A stretch of DNA of 64,000 bases from Nannocystis sp. RBIL2 (GTDB lineage Bacteria > Myxococcota_A > Polyangia > Nannocystales > Nannocystaceae), in the NCBI RefSeq assembly GCF_026626745.1, contig NZ_JAPNJW010000001.1, positions 716,311-780,310 of the forward strand. Reading direction: 5' to 3'. Positions 39,379 to 50,836 of the stretch are shown piece by piece (positions within the stretch are counted from its first letter, which is position 1; each line of letters begins with the position of its first letter). Position numbers and translations under genes: made by a program. The notes below the pieces were generated by a model that saw only the letters and a program-made list of their open reading frames with translations, made no database searches and was not told where the DNA came from.

Positions 39379-40653
39379 TCACTCGTCGGTCTCTTCGCCC
39401 GGGTCCGGCGCTTCGGTCCCGAGCTCGAGGTCGACGAGGATCGGGTTGTGGTCGGACACCAGCTTGCCCTCGGCGACCGGACGCTCGATCACCTGCGGCT
39501 CGCGCGGGCGCAGGCCCTTGCCGGCGAACCAGTCGACGCGCAACGGCACCCGCCCGCCCCACGGCGCCAGGCGGCGCTCGAGGTACGTCCACATCACCCG
39601 GCGCATCGCCTTGGGCATGTAGTCGAGCGCCTTGCGGAAGATCTCGGGGTCGTAGATGTCGTAGTAGATGGTCCCGCGGGTGAAGTCGTTGAAGCCGTCG
39701 ATCTCGAACCCACCGTCGCGCATCGCCGCGAACACCGCCCGCTCGAAGTGCTCCTCCGGCTTCATGTACTGGGCCGCCATGCCCTCGATGCCGAAGCGCG
39801 TCAGCTTGTAGAAGAAGTTGTAGGCCAGACCGCGGCCGCTGCTGAGGTCGTAGGTGTTGGTGTTGAGGTCGCCGCCGAGGAGCATGCGTTCGCCGCCGAA
39901 CTCGCGCAGGCGGGTGACGATCTCGCGGATGTCGCGGGCGCGGTCGCGGGGCCCGGCGAACGGATCGAGGTGGACCAGCGCGACCGTCAGCGGCCCGTCG
40001 GGCAGCAGCAGCTCGCACAGCAGCGCGCGCTTGTTGCCGATCCGCTTCTCCGTCGCGTGGAACTTGTCGCGTCGCTCCTGCAGCTCCACCGCCTCGAAGC
40101 GGAGCACCGGGAAGCGGGTCAACAGGGCGCAGCCGTGCATCGCCTTGGTGTTGGGCACGCCGTGACCACGCTCGCCGCGGTCGCCCTCGACCAGCACGAG
40201 GTGATAGTTGGCGAACACGTAGCCCATGCCGAGCGCGTGGGCGAGCTCCTTTGGCACGTTGCGGTTGCCCGAGCGGCCCATGCCGATGTCGACCTCGGTC
40301 AGCAGCAGCAGGTCGGCCGCCGACAGCTCGGGGTCGGAGGTCAACAGCGTGTGGAGGCCTTCGAAGCGCTTGCCGCGCTCGACGTTCCAGGCGACCGCGC
40401 GGACGATCCCCGGACGTCGCGGCGCCAGCGAGTGGCCGAGCGTCGGCTCGAGGTCCCACTCGAAGCCGCGGAGGACCCGCTCCAGCTGCGGGCGGATCGT
40501 GCGGAACACCGGGTCTCGCTCCAGGCGGCGGCGGGTGCGGATCCGGGCGATGTGGGCCAGCGCTTCGGTGAAGTCGTGGTCGAGCTGCGAGCGGAGCGGG
40601 AGCGGACCTGGCTCCGAGACCAGGTTAGGATAGGCGAAGGTATTCGTCGGCAC
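39379..40653 (-). CDS. endonuclease/exonuclease/phosphatase (EEP) family protein
   Basis: 424 aa with EEP motifs (AWNVERG, LLLTEVD, GDLNT, SDHNPILVDL). Confidence 0.75.
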   Translation of the reverse strand: MPTNTFAYPNLVSEPGPLPLRSQLDHDFTEALAHIARIRTRRRLERDPVFRTIRPQLERVLRGFEWDLEPTLGHSLAPRRPGIVRAVAWNVERGKRFEGLHTLLTSDPELSAADLLLLTEVDIGMGRSGNRNVPKELAHALGMGYVFANYHLVLVEGDRGERGHGVPNTKAMHGCALLTRFPVLRFEAVELQERRDKFHATEKRIGNKRALLCELLLPDGPLTVALVHLDPFAGPRDRARDIREIVTRLREFGGERMLLGGDLNTNTYDLSSGRGLAYNFFYKLTRFGIEGMAAQYMKPEEHFERAVFAAMRDGGFEIDGFNDFTRGTIYYDIYDPEIFRKALDYMPKAMRRVMWTYLERRLAPWGGRVPLRVDWFAGKGLRPREPQVIERPVAEGKLVSDHNPILVDLELGTEAPDPGEETDE

Positions 40654-40814
40654 GCGCCTCCCCGGATCGGACCTACGCGATCGGTACCAGATCGCAACGG
40701 CGCTGTCCCGGGGTCTGCGCCCGCGCGCCCGGGCAATTTCGATCCGCGACCCGTGTGCGCAGTACGCGGGTCGGATCGCCGTGGATCCCCGGCGATCGGG
40801 GTTATTCTAGTCGC

Positions 40815-41732
40815 ATGTCGCAGCTCGGCCTCGTCGCCCTCCTCGCCTCGCCGCTCCCGTGGACCGCGCCCGCGCCCGCGCCCGCGCCGATCTACGGCGG
40901 CGAGTTGGTCGAGCCGGGCGCGTGGCCGACCGCCGTGGCGATCCTCATGGGCGACACCATGTGCACCGGCACGCTCGTCAGCCCGACGGTCGTGTTGACT
41001 GCCGCGCACTGCCTCGACAACAACCCCTCGCCCGCGCTCATGCACGTCGTCGTCGGCGACGACGTGTGGACGAACTACGAGACCTTCGTCTCCGTCGCCT
41101 CGCACGGCTCGCACCCCGACTTTTGCGGCACCGACACCGAGGTGTGCAAGGTCGACATCTGGGACTACGGCTACGTCGTGCTCGAGGAGCCGCTCGTCGG
41201 CGTCGCGCCGACGCGGCCGCTCAGCGATCAGGCCGAGTGGGACGACGCCATGTACATCGGCGCCCCGATCACCGTGGTCGGCTTCGGCGACGACGAGAAG
41301 AGCCTCAACGGCTTCAAGCGTCAGGTCGACGTCGAGATCGTCCGCTTCAGCCCGAGCGGCCTCGAGTTCCAGGCCGGCGGCGAGGGCCACGACTCGTGCC
41401 AGGGCGACTCCGGCGGCCCTGCGTTCGTCACCCTCGCCTCCGGCGAGGTCGTGCTCGCCGGCGTCACCTCGCGCGGCTACACGTGCGGCAAGGGAGGCTT
41501 CTACGCCATCCCCTACGCCGCGCTGTGCTGGCTGAACCAAGAGACAGGTGTCGACCTGCGCACCGACGCGTGCGAGGCGTGCGACTGCCTGGTGACCGAG
41601 CCGAACCGCGACGACGGCTGCGGCTGCGACGCCGGCGGCGACGCCGGCGGTTCGCTCGGCCTGATCGTGCTGACGGCGCTGGCCGGGTTCAGAAGATCTG
41701 GGCGCCGACCCGCACGTACGTCTCGGCGCTGA
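40815..41732 (+). CDS. trypsin-like (S1) serine protease with MYXO-CTERM-like C-terminal sorting tail
   Basis: Catalytic triad context (TAAHC, D, GDSGGP). C-terminal Cys-rich GCGCDAGGDAGGS is followed by a hydrophobic stretch and an Arg-rich end. Confidence 0.7.
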   Translation: MSQLGLVALLASPLPWTAPAPAPAPIYGGELVEPGAWPTAVAILMGDTMCTGTLVSPTVVLTAAHCLDNNPSPALMHVVVGDDVWTNYETFVSVASHGSHPDFCGTDTEVCKVDIWDYGYVVLEEPLVGVAPTRPLSDQAEWDDAMYIGAPITVVGFGDDEKSLNGFKRQVDVEIVRFSPSGLEFQAGGEGHDSCQGDSGGPAFVTLASGEVVLAGVTSRGYTCGKGGFYAIPYAALCWLNQETGVDLRTDACEACDCLVTEPNRDDGCGCDAGGDAGGSLGLIVLTALAGFRRSGRRPARTSRR

Positions 41733-42462
41733 GGACCTCGAGCAGGCGGTCGTTGATCGCCTCGGCGTCGAAGTTCGCGAAGTCGACGCCGCGGAAGAAC
41801 GCGTCGTAGGTCTTGGCGACCGTCAGCGCCTTGCCGCCCGGCTCCTTGCCGGTGATCGTGAGCGGGCGTCCGTCCTCGGCCGTGCTGAGGTCGAGCTCGA
41901 CGATGCTGGTCTGATTGGTCTGGAACTTCCAGTTGGCGCCCTCGTGGGCGCCGGACGGGTCGACCGCCGTGCCGGCGAGGTAGACCGTCAGCCCCTCGAC
42001 CGACGCGTGGCCGTGGACCTGGTACGGCGTGTCGAACGCCTGCTCGGCCAGCGACGACTGGTAGCGGCCGTACTCGACGCGCAGCTTGCAATATGTCCCT
42101 TCGGGCAGATCGACCGAGGCGAAGTCGACGAGGTCCTGATCCTGCGCCAGCTGGTACTCGGGGAACGGGCCGTACGGCAGTTCGAAGTCGAAGCTCTCGC
42201 CGGCGCACGACTCGACCTGCGCCGCGGTCATCACGATCACGCCCTCGGCCAGGTTGACCTGCCAGCCCTTGTCGTTGACGAACACGCGGGCGGCTTCGGC
42301 CTCCCCGAAGTTGGGCAGGACCCCCTTCTCGTTGCGCGTACCGTGGTGCGAGATGGCCAGCGAGAGCGTCGTCTTCGGCTCGAGCAGCGCCTCACAGCCC
42401 GCCAGGCTCGACATCACAGTGACAGCCGCCAACACTCGCGTCGCGCTCCGCATCATCGTCAT
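41689..42462 (-). CDS. hypothetical lipoprotein
   Basis: Lipobox (VMSSLAGC); no recognisable domain; convergent with, and overlapping, the protease 3' end. Confidence 0.5.
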   Translation of the reverse strand: MTMMRSATRVLAAVTVMSSLAGCEALLEPKTTLSLAISHHGTRNEKGVLPNFGEAEAARVFVNDKGWQVNLAEGVIVMTAAQVESCAGESFDFELPYGPFPEYQLAQDQDLVDFASVDLPEGTYCKLRVEYGRYQSSLAEQAFDTPYQVHGHASVEGLTVYLAGTAVDPSGAHEGANWKFQTNQTSIVELDLSTAEDGRPLTITGKEPGGKALTVAKTYDAFFRGVDFANFDAEAINDRLLEVLSAETYVRVGAQIF

Positions 42463-42612
42463 AAAGCTGGGGCATCTTATCCATAGATGGCTGTGACGCG
42501 GAACCACCGTCCGCGCCTGTGCTCGTGCGCTAGGGTGGTGGCGGGGCGAACCTGCACCGGCGACGCGAGCGCGGCTGTCGGCGCGGCTGTCGGCCCTACC
42601 GGGACGACCGGT

Positions 42613-44556
42613 TCATGGCCCGGCGGCCCCGAGCCCGCGCCGCGCCCGCCTGGCGCCCGGGACAGGCGACGCTCCATGTGTGCGCGTCGCTCCTCCTCCC
42701 TCCGGCGGTACCAGACACGACGGCCCGTGACCGATCAGCGCAGCGCGCCCGGCTCGGCGCAGCGCCTCGCGAGCGAGGTGGTGCTGCGCCGGATCCCAGT
42801 AAAGGAGTAGCGACTTCTGCAGCTTCTTCTCGCGCAGCTCTTTCGCCGTGTAGACCGGCTGGCGCGTGAACGGATCGCGACCCGTGTAGTACATGCAGGT
42901 CGCCATGCTCATCGGCGTGGGGATGAAGTCCTGCACCTGTCTGGGTCGCACGCCTCGCGCCTTCAGCCATAGCGCGAGATCGACCATGTCGTCGAGCGTG
43001 CTGCCCGGGTGCCCGGAAATGAAGTAGGGCACCAGATGCTGATCTTTGCCCGCGGCTTCGCTCGCGCACGTGAACTGCTCGGCGAAGCGCTCGTAGCTGG
43101 CGACCCCGGGCTTCTTCATCTTGGCGAGCACGTCGTCCTTCACGTGCTCGGGAGCCACGGACAATTGTCCGCCGGTGTGGTGCGTCGCGAGCTCGCGGAT
43201 GAACGCCGGAGATCGTTCTGCCAGGTCGTAGCGGACGCCCGAGGCGATGAACACGCGCCGCACGCCCTCGGATTTGCGCACCTTCTTCAAGAGGTCGACG
43301 AGCGGCCCGTGGTCCGTGTCGAGGTTCTCGCACACGCCCGGATGGACGCACGACAGCTTGCGGCACGCGCTCTCGATCTGCTCGCTCTTGCAGCGCATCC
43401 GGTACATGTTGGCCGTCGGCCCGCCGACGTCCGAGATCACGCCGCGGAAGTCGTCCATGCGGCGCAGCGCCCGGATCTCCCGCAGCACGCTCTCGGCCGA
43501 GCGCGACTGGATGATGCGGCCCTCGTGCTCGGTGATCGAGCAGAACGTGCAGCCGCCGAAGCAGCCGCGCATCGTCACGATCGAGTGCTTGACCGTCTCG
43601 AACGCCGGGATCTTGCTGCCCGCGTACGTCCAGTGCGGCCGGCGCACGAACGGCAGGTCGTACAGCGCGTCCATGTCGCGCATGTCGAGCGGGTGCGCCG
43701 GCGGGTTGCAGTAGAGCGCCCGGTCGCCGTGCGGCTGGACCAGCGGCCGCCCGTTGCCCGGGTTCGTCTCGTGCTGGAACGCCCGCGACATCTCGAGGAA
43801 CGCGTCCTTGTCGGCGCTCGCCTCCTCGTAGCTGGGCAGGTGCAGCGGCAGTCCGTCGCGCACGTAGCGGCTCTTCGGCAGGTGCTCCCACTGGCCCTTC
43901 GGCAGCATCACCGCGGTGCCGCGGACGTCGCGGATCGTGCTGATGTCTTCGCCGGCCTTGAGCCGCCGCGCGACCTCCCACACCGGCCGCTCGCCCATGC
44001 CGAAGATCAGCAGGTCCGCCTTGCTGTCGACCAGCATGCTGCGGCGCACCTGGTCGCTCCAGTAGTCGTAGTGGGCGATCCGCCGCAGGCTCGCCTCGAT
44101 GCCGCCGAGCACCACCGGCAGCCCCGGGAACGCCTGCCGGGCCAGGTTCGAATAGACGATGCTGGCGCGGTTCGGCCGCTGCTCGAGCGCGCCGTCGGGC
44201 GAGTATTGATCCTCGCCGCGGATCTTCTTCTGCGCCGTCAGCTTGTTGAGCATCGAGTCGAGGTTGCCGGCGGTGATGCCGACGAACAGCCGCGGCCGGC
44301 CCAGCCGCGAGATGTCCTTCGGGTCATCCCAGCGCGGCTGCGCGATCATCCCGACCCGCAGCCCGCGGCCCTCGAGGAACCGGCCGATCAGCGCCCCGCC
44401 GAACGCCGGGTGGTCGACGTACGCGTCGCCGTTGATGATGAGCACGTCGAGCTCGTCCCACCCGCGCGCGTCCATCTCCTCCCGAGTCATCGGCAGGAAC
44501 GCCCGCAGGTCCCGCGGCGGCGCCGTCTTGCTGGCCCTGAGCTGGACGAGCGACAT
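42613..44556 (-). CDS. ygiQ: YgiQ-family radical SAM protein (UPF0313)
   Basis: FLPMTREEMDARGWDELDVLIINGDAYVDHPAFG N-terminus is diagnostic of YgiQ; radical SAM core GCFGGCTFCS. Confidence 0.8.
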   Translation of the reverse strand: MSLVQLRASKTAPPRDLRAFLPMTREEMDARGWDELDVLIINGDAYVDHPAFGGALIGRFLEGRGLRVGMIAQPRWDDPKDISRLGRPRLFVGITAGNLDSMLNKLTAQKKIRGEDQYSPDGALEQRPNRASIVYSNLARQAFPGLPVVLGGIEASLRRIAHYDYWSDQVRRSMLVDSKADLLIFGMGERPVWEVARRLKAGEDISTIRDVRGTAVMLPKGQWEHLPKSRYVRDGLPLHLPSYEEASADKDAFLEMSRAFQHETNPGNGRPLVQPHGDRALYCNPPAHPLDMRDMDALYDLPFVRRPHWTYAGSKIPAFETVKHSIVTMRGCFGGCTFCSITEHEGRIIQSRSAESVLREIRALRRMDDFRGVISDVGGPTANMYRMRCKSEQIESACRKLSCVHPGVCENLDTDHGPLVDLLKKVRKSEGVRRVFIASGVRYDLAERSPAFIRELATHHTGGQLSVAPEHVKDDVLAKMKKPGVASYERFAEQFTCASEAAGKDQHLVPYFISGHPGSTLDDMVDLALWLKARGVRPRQVQDFIPTPMSMATCMYYTGRDPFTRQPVYTAKELREKKLQKSLLLYWDPAQHHLAREALRRAGRAALIGHGPSCLVPPEGGGATRTHGASPVPGARRARRGLGAAGP

Positions 44557-44656
44557 GCGGCGAACACTAGTCGATCCCGCGCCGGCGCGCCCGTGCCTGC
44601 GCGTGCGCCACCTCTTGCCCGCGGGCTTGCGGGGCCCCCCCGCCTCTCTCCTATTA

Positions 44657-45439
44657 ATGCCGGGCATGACCGAGGCGCCCGCCCTCGCCGCTCGCGGCCT
44701 GACCTGTCGGCTCCCCGAGCGGGTCCTCTACGAGGCCCTCGACCTCGACCTCCGGCGCGGACGGATCTGCGTCGTCGCCGGCCCCAACGGCGCCGGCAAG
44801 TCGACCCTCCTGCGCACCCTCGCCGGGCTCGACCGTCCGCAAGCCGGCCACATCGAGCTGCTCGGCGACCGCCTCGCCGCCCTCTCGCCCGCCGCGCGCG
44901 CCCGCCGGCTGGCCTATTTGCCGCAGCACTGCCCCGTCGAGCCCGACCTCCACGTGCGGGAGGTCGTCCTCCTCGGCCGGCTGCCCAACCTCCCCCGCTT
45001 CGGTCCGCCGCGCGCCGCCGACGCCGAAGCCACTGACCTCGCCCTCGCGCGCCTCGGCCTCGCCGCCTTCGCCGAGCGCCCGATCGGCCGGCTCAGCGGC
45101 GGCGAGCGCCAGCGCGTCATGCTCGCGCGCATGCTCGCGGCCGAGGCCGCCGTCGTCATCCTCGACGAGCCGGCCGCCGGCCTCGACATCGGCCACGCCC
45201 TCGGCCTCTACCGCCACCTGCGGGCCCTCGCGCGCGAGGGTGTGGCGGTCCTCGTCGCCGAGCACGACCTCGACCTCGCCCGCCGCCACGCCGACGACGC
45301 GGTCCTGCTCGCCGCCGGCCGCGCCCGCGTCGGCGCCTGCCCCGACGTGTTCAGCCCGCAGCACCTCGGCGCGGCCTTCGGCGTGGTCGCCCACGAGCGA
45401 GACGGCCGCCTGTTCTTCGAGGCGCTGCCCGCCAGCTGA
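44657..45439 (+). CDS. ABC transporter ATP-binding protein (FecE/BtuD-like), orphan
   Basis: Walker A (GPNGAGKST), signature (LSGGERQRV), Walker B (ILDEPAAGLD). No permease or binding-protein gene is adjacent. An AT-rich TATTAAT box lies immediately upstream. Confidence 0.8.
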   Translation: MPGMTEAPALAARGLTCRLPERVLYEALDLDLRRGRICVVAGPNGAGKSTLLRTLAGLDRPQAGHIELLGDRLAALSPAARARRLAYLPQHCPVEPDLHVREVVLLGRLPNLPRFGPPRAADAEATDLALARLGLAAFAERPIGRLSGGERQRVMLARMLAAEAAVVILDEPAAGLDIGHALGLYRHLRALAREGVAVLVAEHDLDLARRHADDAVLLAAGRARVGACPDVFSPQHLGAAFGVVAHERDGRLFFEALPAS

Positions 45440-45449
45440 CGCCGCCGGC

Positions 45450-45524
45450 TGTCTTCACGGACAGGCGCTCGAGAGCATGTTCTCACGGACATGTCTGGAC
45501 GATCATGTCCCCGCGGACATGTCC
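45450..45524. repeat. TGTC-N6-GACA element plus 4 tandem CATG-core units (GAGAGCATGTTCTCACG / GACATGTCTGGAC / GATCATGTCCCCGCG / GACATGTCCTCAG) in a convergent intergenic region
   Basis: Read directly from the sequence between the ABC ATPase stop and the mqnD stop. Confidence 0.85.
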
Positions 45525-46343
45525 TCAGCGCGGCAACAGCCCCGCCGCCTGCCCGCGCGCGCGCAGCTCGGCCAGCGCCGCCGCCCCTTCGGCTCCCATG
45601 TCGCGCGAGAACTCGTTGACGTACAGCGCGATGTGCTGCCGGCAAACCTCGTCGCTCAGCTCCTGCGAGTGCGCCTTCACGAACGGCCACGCCGCGGCCG
45701 GGTCGGCCTCCGCCGCCGCGATCGACCGGGCGATCCCCTCCTCCACCGCCCGCACCTGCCCGGCGGGCAGCGAGCGGTGGGCCGCGATCACCCCGAGCGG
45801 CAGCGGCAGCCCCGTCGCCGCCTCCCACACCTCGCCGAGGTCCGCCACCTGCTGCAGCCCGTGATCGCGGAACACGAACCGCGCCTCGTGGATCACCAGC
45901 CCCGCGTCGACCTCCCCCGCGGCCACCGCCGGCATGATGCGATCGAAGCGCATCGGCACCACGGTCACCGACGCCGGCGCGAAGCAGCGCAGCAGCAGGT
46001 GCGCCGTCGTGTACGCGCCCGGGATGGCGATCTTCCGCCCCGCCAGCGCCACCAGCTCCGTCGCCTCGCGCGCGACCACCAGCGGCCCGCAGCCGCGGCC
46101 CAGCGCCGCGCCTGTCCGCAAGACCAGGTAATCGCGCTCGACCCAGAACAGCCCGTGCGCGCTCAGCTTCGTTACCGGCAGCGGCGCCTCGCCGGCCAGC
46201 GCGCGCTCGTTGAGCGCCTCGATGTCGGCCAGCCACGGCAGCGGCCGCAGCCCCGGCACGAACTCCGGCACGCGCACCAGCGCGTCGAACATCCACGTGT
46301 CGTTCGGACACGGCGAGAACCCGAGAGGCAGCGGCTCGCTCAT
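45525..46343 (-). CDS. mqnD: 1,4-dihydroxy-6-naphthoate synthase (futalosine pathway)
   Basis: 272 aa with N-terminal LGFSPCPNDTWMFDAL, characteristic of the MqnA/MqnD fold. Its ATG overlaps the upstream gene stop. Confidence 0.7.
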   Translation of the reverse strand: MSEPLPLGFSPCPNDTWMFDALVRVPEFVPGLRPLPWLADIEALNERALAGEAPLPVTKLSAHGLFWVERDYLVLRTGAALGRGCGPLVVAREATELVALAGRKIAIPGAYTTAHLLLRCFAPASVTVVPMRFDRIMPAVAAGEVDAGLVIHEARFVFRDHGLQQVADLGEVWEAATGLPLPLGVIAAHRSLPAGQVRAVEEGIARSIAAAEADPAAAWPFVKAHSQELSDEVCRQHIALYVNEFSRDMGAEGAAALAELRARGQAAGLLPR

Positions 46344-46987
46344 TCGTTCCCCCAGTTCGCGGCCTGCAGTCGCAGCAGCGCCGCCTGCACCCCGGCCACC
46401 GCGCGCGGCAGGTCCCACCCGCCCGCGGCGCGTCGGCCGGTTCGATTGCTCACGCAGCGCAGCTGCACCCACGGCACCCCGAGCGCGCGGCAGGCCCACG
46501 CCACCGCCGCCCCCTCCATCGTCTCGACCGTGGCCCCCGTGCCGCTGGCCAGCGCACGCGAGCGCGCGTCCGTCCCGCTGCAGGTGCTGACCGTCGCCCC
46601 GCGCACCACCGGCGCCGCGAGCAGCCGCGCCGCCGCGGCCGTACGCCCCGCGTCGGCTTCGAACGGCCCGACCGACCCGAGCCCCAGCTGCGCCAGCGGC
46701 AGGAAGCCGTCGTCGACCGCGACCCCCTCGTCGCCCAGCCAGTCCTCGCCGACCAGGCACACGTCGCCGACGTCGAGCCTGCCTCCCGGGCCATGTCCTT
46801 CGGGATAGGCGCCGCAGACCCCGAACAGCAGCACCCACGCCGGCCGCCGCAGGGCCAGCGCCTGCGTCATGCTCACCGCCGACGCCACCTTGCCGACGCC
46901 GAGTCGCAGCGCCGAGGGCAGCCCGCGGCCCTCGACCTCGGCGGCGCAGACGAGCAGCGGCGCGGTCACGGCCACACGATAGCGCAC
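46340..46987 (-). CDS. mqnB: futalosine hydrolase (MTA/SAH-nucleosidase family)
   Basis: Nucleosidase-fold motifs (LLFGVCGAYPEG, TVETMEGAAVAWAC, SNRTG). GTG start assumed at VRYRVAV; the ORF extends to 47071. Confidence 0.65.
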   Translation of the reverse strand: MRYRVAVTAPLLVCAAEVEGRGLPSALRLGVGKVASAVSMTQALALRRPAWVLLFGVCGAYPEGHGPGGRLDVGDVCLVGEDWLGDEGVAVDDGFLPLAQLGLGSVGPFEADAGRTAAAARLLAAPVVRGATVSTCSGTDARSRALASGTGATVETMEGAAVAWACRALGVPWVQLRCVSNRTGRRAAGGWDLPRAVAGVQAALLRLQAANWGNE

Positions 46988-47284
46988 CTCGCCGCGCGTC
47001 CCACCGGTGACCCCCCGACCGGTCTCACGCCGAAGGAATTTCTTAAACGCACGATCAATCGTCCGCGCCAACTACTTACTCACGCGAGTAAACATCTCGC
47101 CCGCTCGCGACTGACGCCACCAAAGCCCCGTGGACCGGCGCCAGGCCCCCTCTGCGCCCGATCCTGCGAAGCCCCCTGCACGCGTAAAACGGCGTGCGCA
47201 GCGGCCTTCGCAGGCATTCGAGACCGGTCGCGAATGCTTGTAACGCCGGCCTCGGGTGCGCTAACTAGGCCGCGAGCCTGGTCG

Positions 47285-47962
47285 ATGACACAAACCAACA
47301 CGGCAGCATTCGTCCGCGTCGAAGGCATCCTGCTCGCCCGCGGCGTGCTCAGCGCGGCGGCCTATCTGGCCGCCAACGCCAAGAAGTTCGGTGAGCGGGC
47401 CGTCCGCCTCGGCCTCGTCGGCCTCGCCGCCCCGGTCCACCGCCTGCTCGGGCAGACCGACCGCGCGCTGGCCCACCGCCTCGCCCACCTCGCCATCCGC
47501 GGCATGAGCCAGGACCGCGTCGAGGTCCTCTGCGAGGAGTACGCCGAGGATGTCCTGAAGGACACGATTTTGGATCAGGGCCTCGAGCTGCTCAAGCGGC
47601 TGCAGGCCGAGGGGCGGCGGGTCGTGCTGCTGTCGGACAGCATCGAGCCGATCATGAAGCCGCTCGCGCGCCACCTCAAGCACTACGACGAGCTCGTCTA
47701 CAACAAGATCGAGTTCGAGGACGGCGAGGCCACCGGCAAGCTGCTCGACCCGGTCATCGGCTCGAACGTCGGCGGCCGCTGGCTCGACGACTACGCCGCC
47801 GCGCACGACTTCGAGCTCTCGCGTTGCGCCGCCTACGGCGCCCACGGCCCGGACATGCTGCTGCTCTCGCGCGTCGGCAAGCCGTGCGCAGTCAACCCCG
47901 ACTTCGTCCTGCGCCGCAGCGCCAAGGACGCTGACTGGCCGATCATCGATTATCGCGACTGA
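47285..47962 (+). CDS. HAD-IB family hydrolase (phosphoserine-phosphatase-like)
   Basis: 225 aa with HAD-IB architecture; first gene of the lipid operon. Confidence 0.65.
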   Translation: MTQTNTAAFVRVEGILLARGVLSAAAYLAANAKKFGERAVRLGLVGLAAPVHRLLGQTDRALAHRLAHLAIRGMSQDRVEVLCEEYAEDVLKDTILDQGLELLKRLQAEGRRVVLLSDSIEPIMKPLARHLKHYDELVYNKIEFEDGEATGKLLDPVIGSNVGGRWLDDYAAAHDFELSRCAAYGAHGPDMLLLSRVGKPCAVNPDFVLRRSAKDADWPIIDYRD

Positions 47963-47990
47963 CCTTGGGGACAGGAACCGGAGGACACCC

Positions 47991-49676
47991 GTGAACACGC
48001 CGATCTCGATCAAGCACAGCTACGCCGGCCGCCATGTCCTGCTCACCGGGGTCACCGGCTTCCTCGGCAAGGTCTGGCTGGCGATGGTCCTGCAGTACGT
48101 GCCGGACGTCGGCAAGATCTACGTGCTCACGCGCAAGAAGGCGCTGCGCCCCGCCGCCGACCGGTTCGAGCGCCAGGTCCAGACCTCGCCGTGCTTCCGC
48201 CCGCTGCACGAGAAGTACGGCGCCGACATGAGCCGCTTCATCAGCGAGCGGATCGAGGTCGTCTCCGGCGACGTCTCGCAGCCCGACATGGGCGTCGAGG
48301 ACCCGGCGGTGCTGGCTCGCCTGCGCCGCGACATCGACCTCGTGATCAACTGCGCCGGCCTCGTCGACTTCGACCCCGACCTGCGCGAGGCCATGACGAC
48401 CAACGTCGAGGGCGCCCGCAACGCCGCCAACTTCGTCGCCGCCTGCGACAAGGCGGTGCTGCTGCACATCTCGACCTGCTACGTCACCGGCAAGAAGAAC
48501 GGCCTCATCCCCGAGGTCATCCGCCCCGACCTCTCGCCCGACGGCCAGCCGTTCGACGTCGAGGTCGAGTGCGCCGAGGTCCAGGTCAGCATCGACGCCA
48601 TCCTCGCCGAGCACGAGTCGCCGGAGATGGACAAGCGCGCCCACGACGACGCGGTCAAGCAGATCCGCGACAAGGGCGGCGACGAGAACAACGCGATGCT
48701 GGTGCGCAACACCGCCCGCCGGATCAAGCGCAACCTCTTGAAGGACGCGATGGTCGCCGAGGGCCAGCGCCGCGCCGGCCGCTGGGGCTTCACCAACATC
48801 TACACGTACACCAAGAACATGGCCGAGGCGTGGATCGCCCGCCGCCTCGATCCCGGCCGGTGGAGCATGTTCCGCCCCGCGATCGTCGAGAGCTCCATGA
48901 GCTACCCGTTCCCCGGGTGGAACCAGGGCTTCAACACCTGCGGCCCGCTGAGCTACGCGCTCGGCAGCTGGTTCCGCCACCTGCCGTGCAAGCAGGGCAA
49001 CCCCTTCGACATCATCCCCGTCGACTACGTCTGCCGCGGCATGACCGTCGCCGGCGCCGCGCTGATGCGGGGCGAGCACGCGCCGGTCTACCAGTGCGGC
49101 AGCTCGGACCTGAACCTCCTCACCATCGACCGCGCCGTCGAGCTGGTCGCGCTGGCCCACCGCAAGCACCTGCGCACCCGCGGCGACACCACCCTCGACC
49201 GCGTCGTCAAGTCGCGCTGGGACGCGATCGCCGTCACGCCCGACCACCCGATGCGGATCGAGAACATCCGCAAGATGACCGAGTCGGTCGACGAGTGGCT
49301 GCGCGACCCGCCGAAGGGCTGGCCGGAGTTCCTCCGCCGCCGCCTCGGCGACCTCGTCGAGCACACCGAGGACGCGCTCGAGTCGATCGACAAGATCGAG
49401 CGCATGTGCGAGCTCTACCTGCCGTTCATCCACGACAATTACTTCGCGTTCGTCACCCGCAACCTGCTGCGGCACCCCGTCGTCGAGCCCGAGTGGGACT
49501 GCGACCCGCGCAGCATCGACTGGCGCCACTACTGGATCGACGTCCACATCCCCGGGCTTCGCAAGTGGTGCTTCCCGCTGTTCGAGAACAAGACCCCCGA
49601 GAGCTACGCCCCGCGCCACCCCTTCCGCTTGCGCTCGCCCGAGGCCGCGCCCGCGCCCCACGCCGAGGTCGTCTGA
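47991..49676 (+). CDS. fatty acyl-CoA/ACP reductase (NAD_binding_4 plus FAR C-terminal domain)
   Basis: 561 aa with Rossmann motif [12 protein letters not shown], catalytic YTYTK, and a C-terminal 'sterile' FAR_C-like region. Confidence 0.8.
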   Translation: MNTPISIKHSYAGRHVLLTGVTGFLGKVWLAMVLQYVPDVGKIYVLTRKKALRPAADRFERQVQTSPCFRPLHEKYGADMSRFISERIEVVSGDVSQPDMGVEDPAVLARLRRDIDLVINCAGLVDFDPDLREAMTTNVEGARNAANFVAACDKAVLLHISTCYVTGKKNGLIPEVIRPDLSPDGQPFDVEVECAEVQVSIDAILAEHESPEMDKRAHDDAVKQIRDKGGDENNAMLVRNTARRIKRNLLKDAMVAEGQRRAGRWGFTNIYTYTKNMAEAWIARRLDPGRWSMFRPAIVESSMSYPFPGWNQGFNTCGPLSYALGSWFRHLPCKQGNPFDIIPVDYVCRGMTVAGAALMRGEHAPVYQCGSSDLNLLTIDRAVELVALAHRKHLRTRGDTTLDRVVKSRWDAIAVTPDHPMRIENIRKMTESVDEWLRDPPKGWPEFLRRRLGDLVEHTEDALESIDKIERMCELYLPFIHDNYFAFVTRNLLRHPVVEPEWDCDPRSIDWRHYWIDVHIPGLRKWCFPLFENKTPESYAPRHPFRLRSPEAAPAPHAEVV

Positions 49677-49680
49677 CACC

Positions 49681-50826
<1,146 letters not shown>

Positions 50827-50836
50827 CCCTTCGAAC

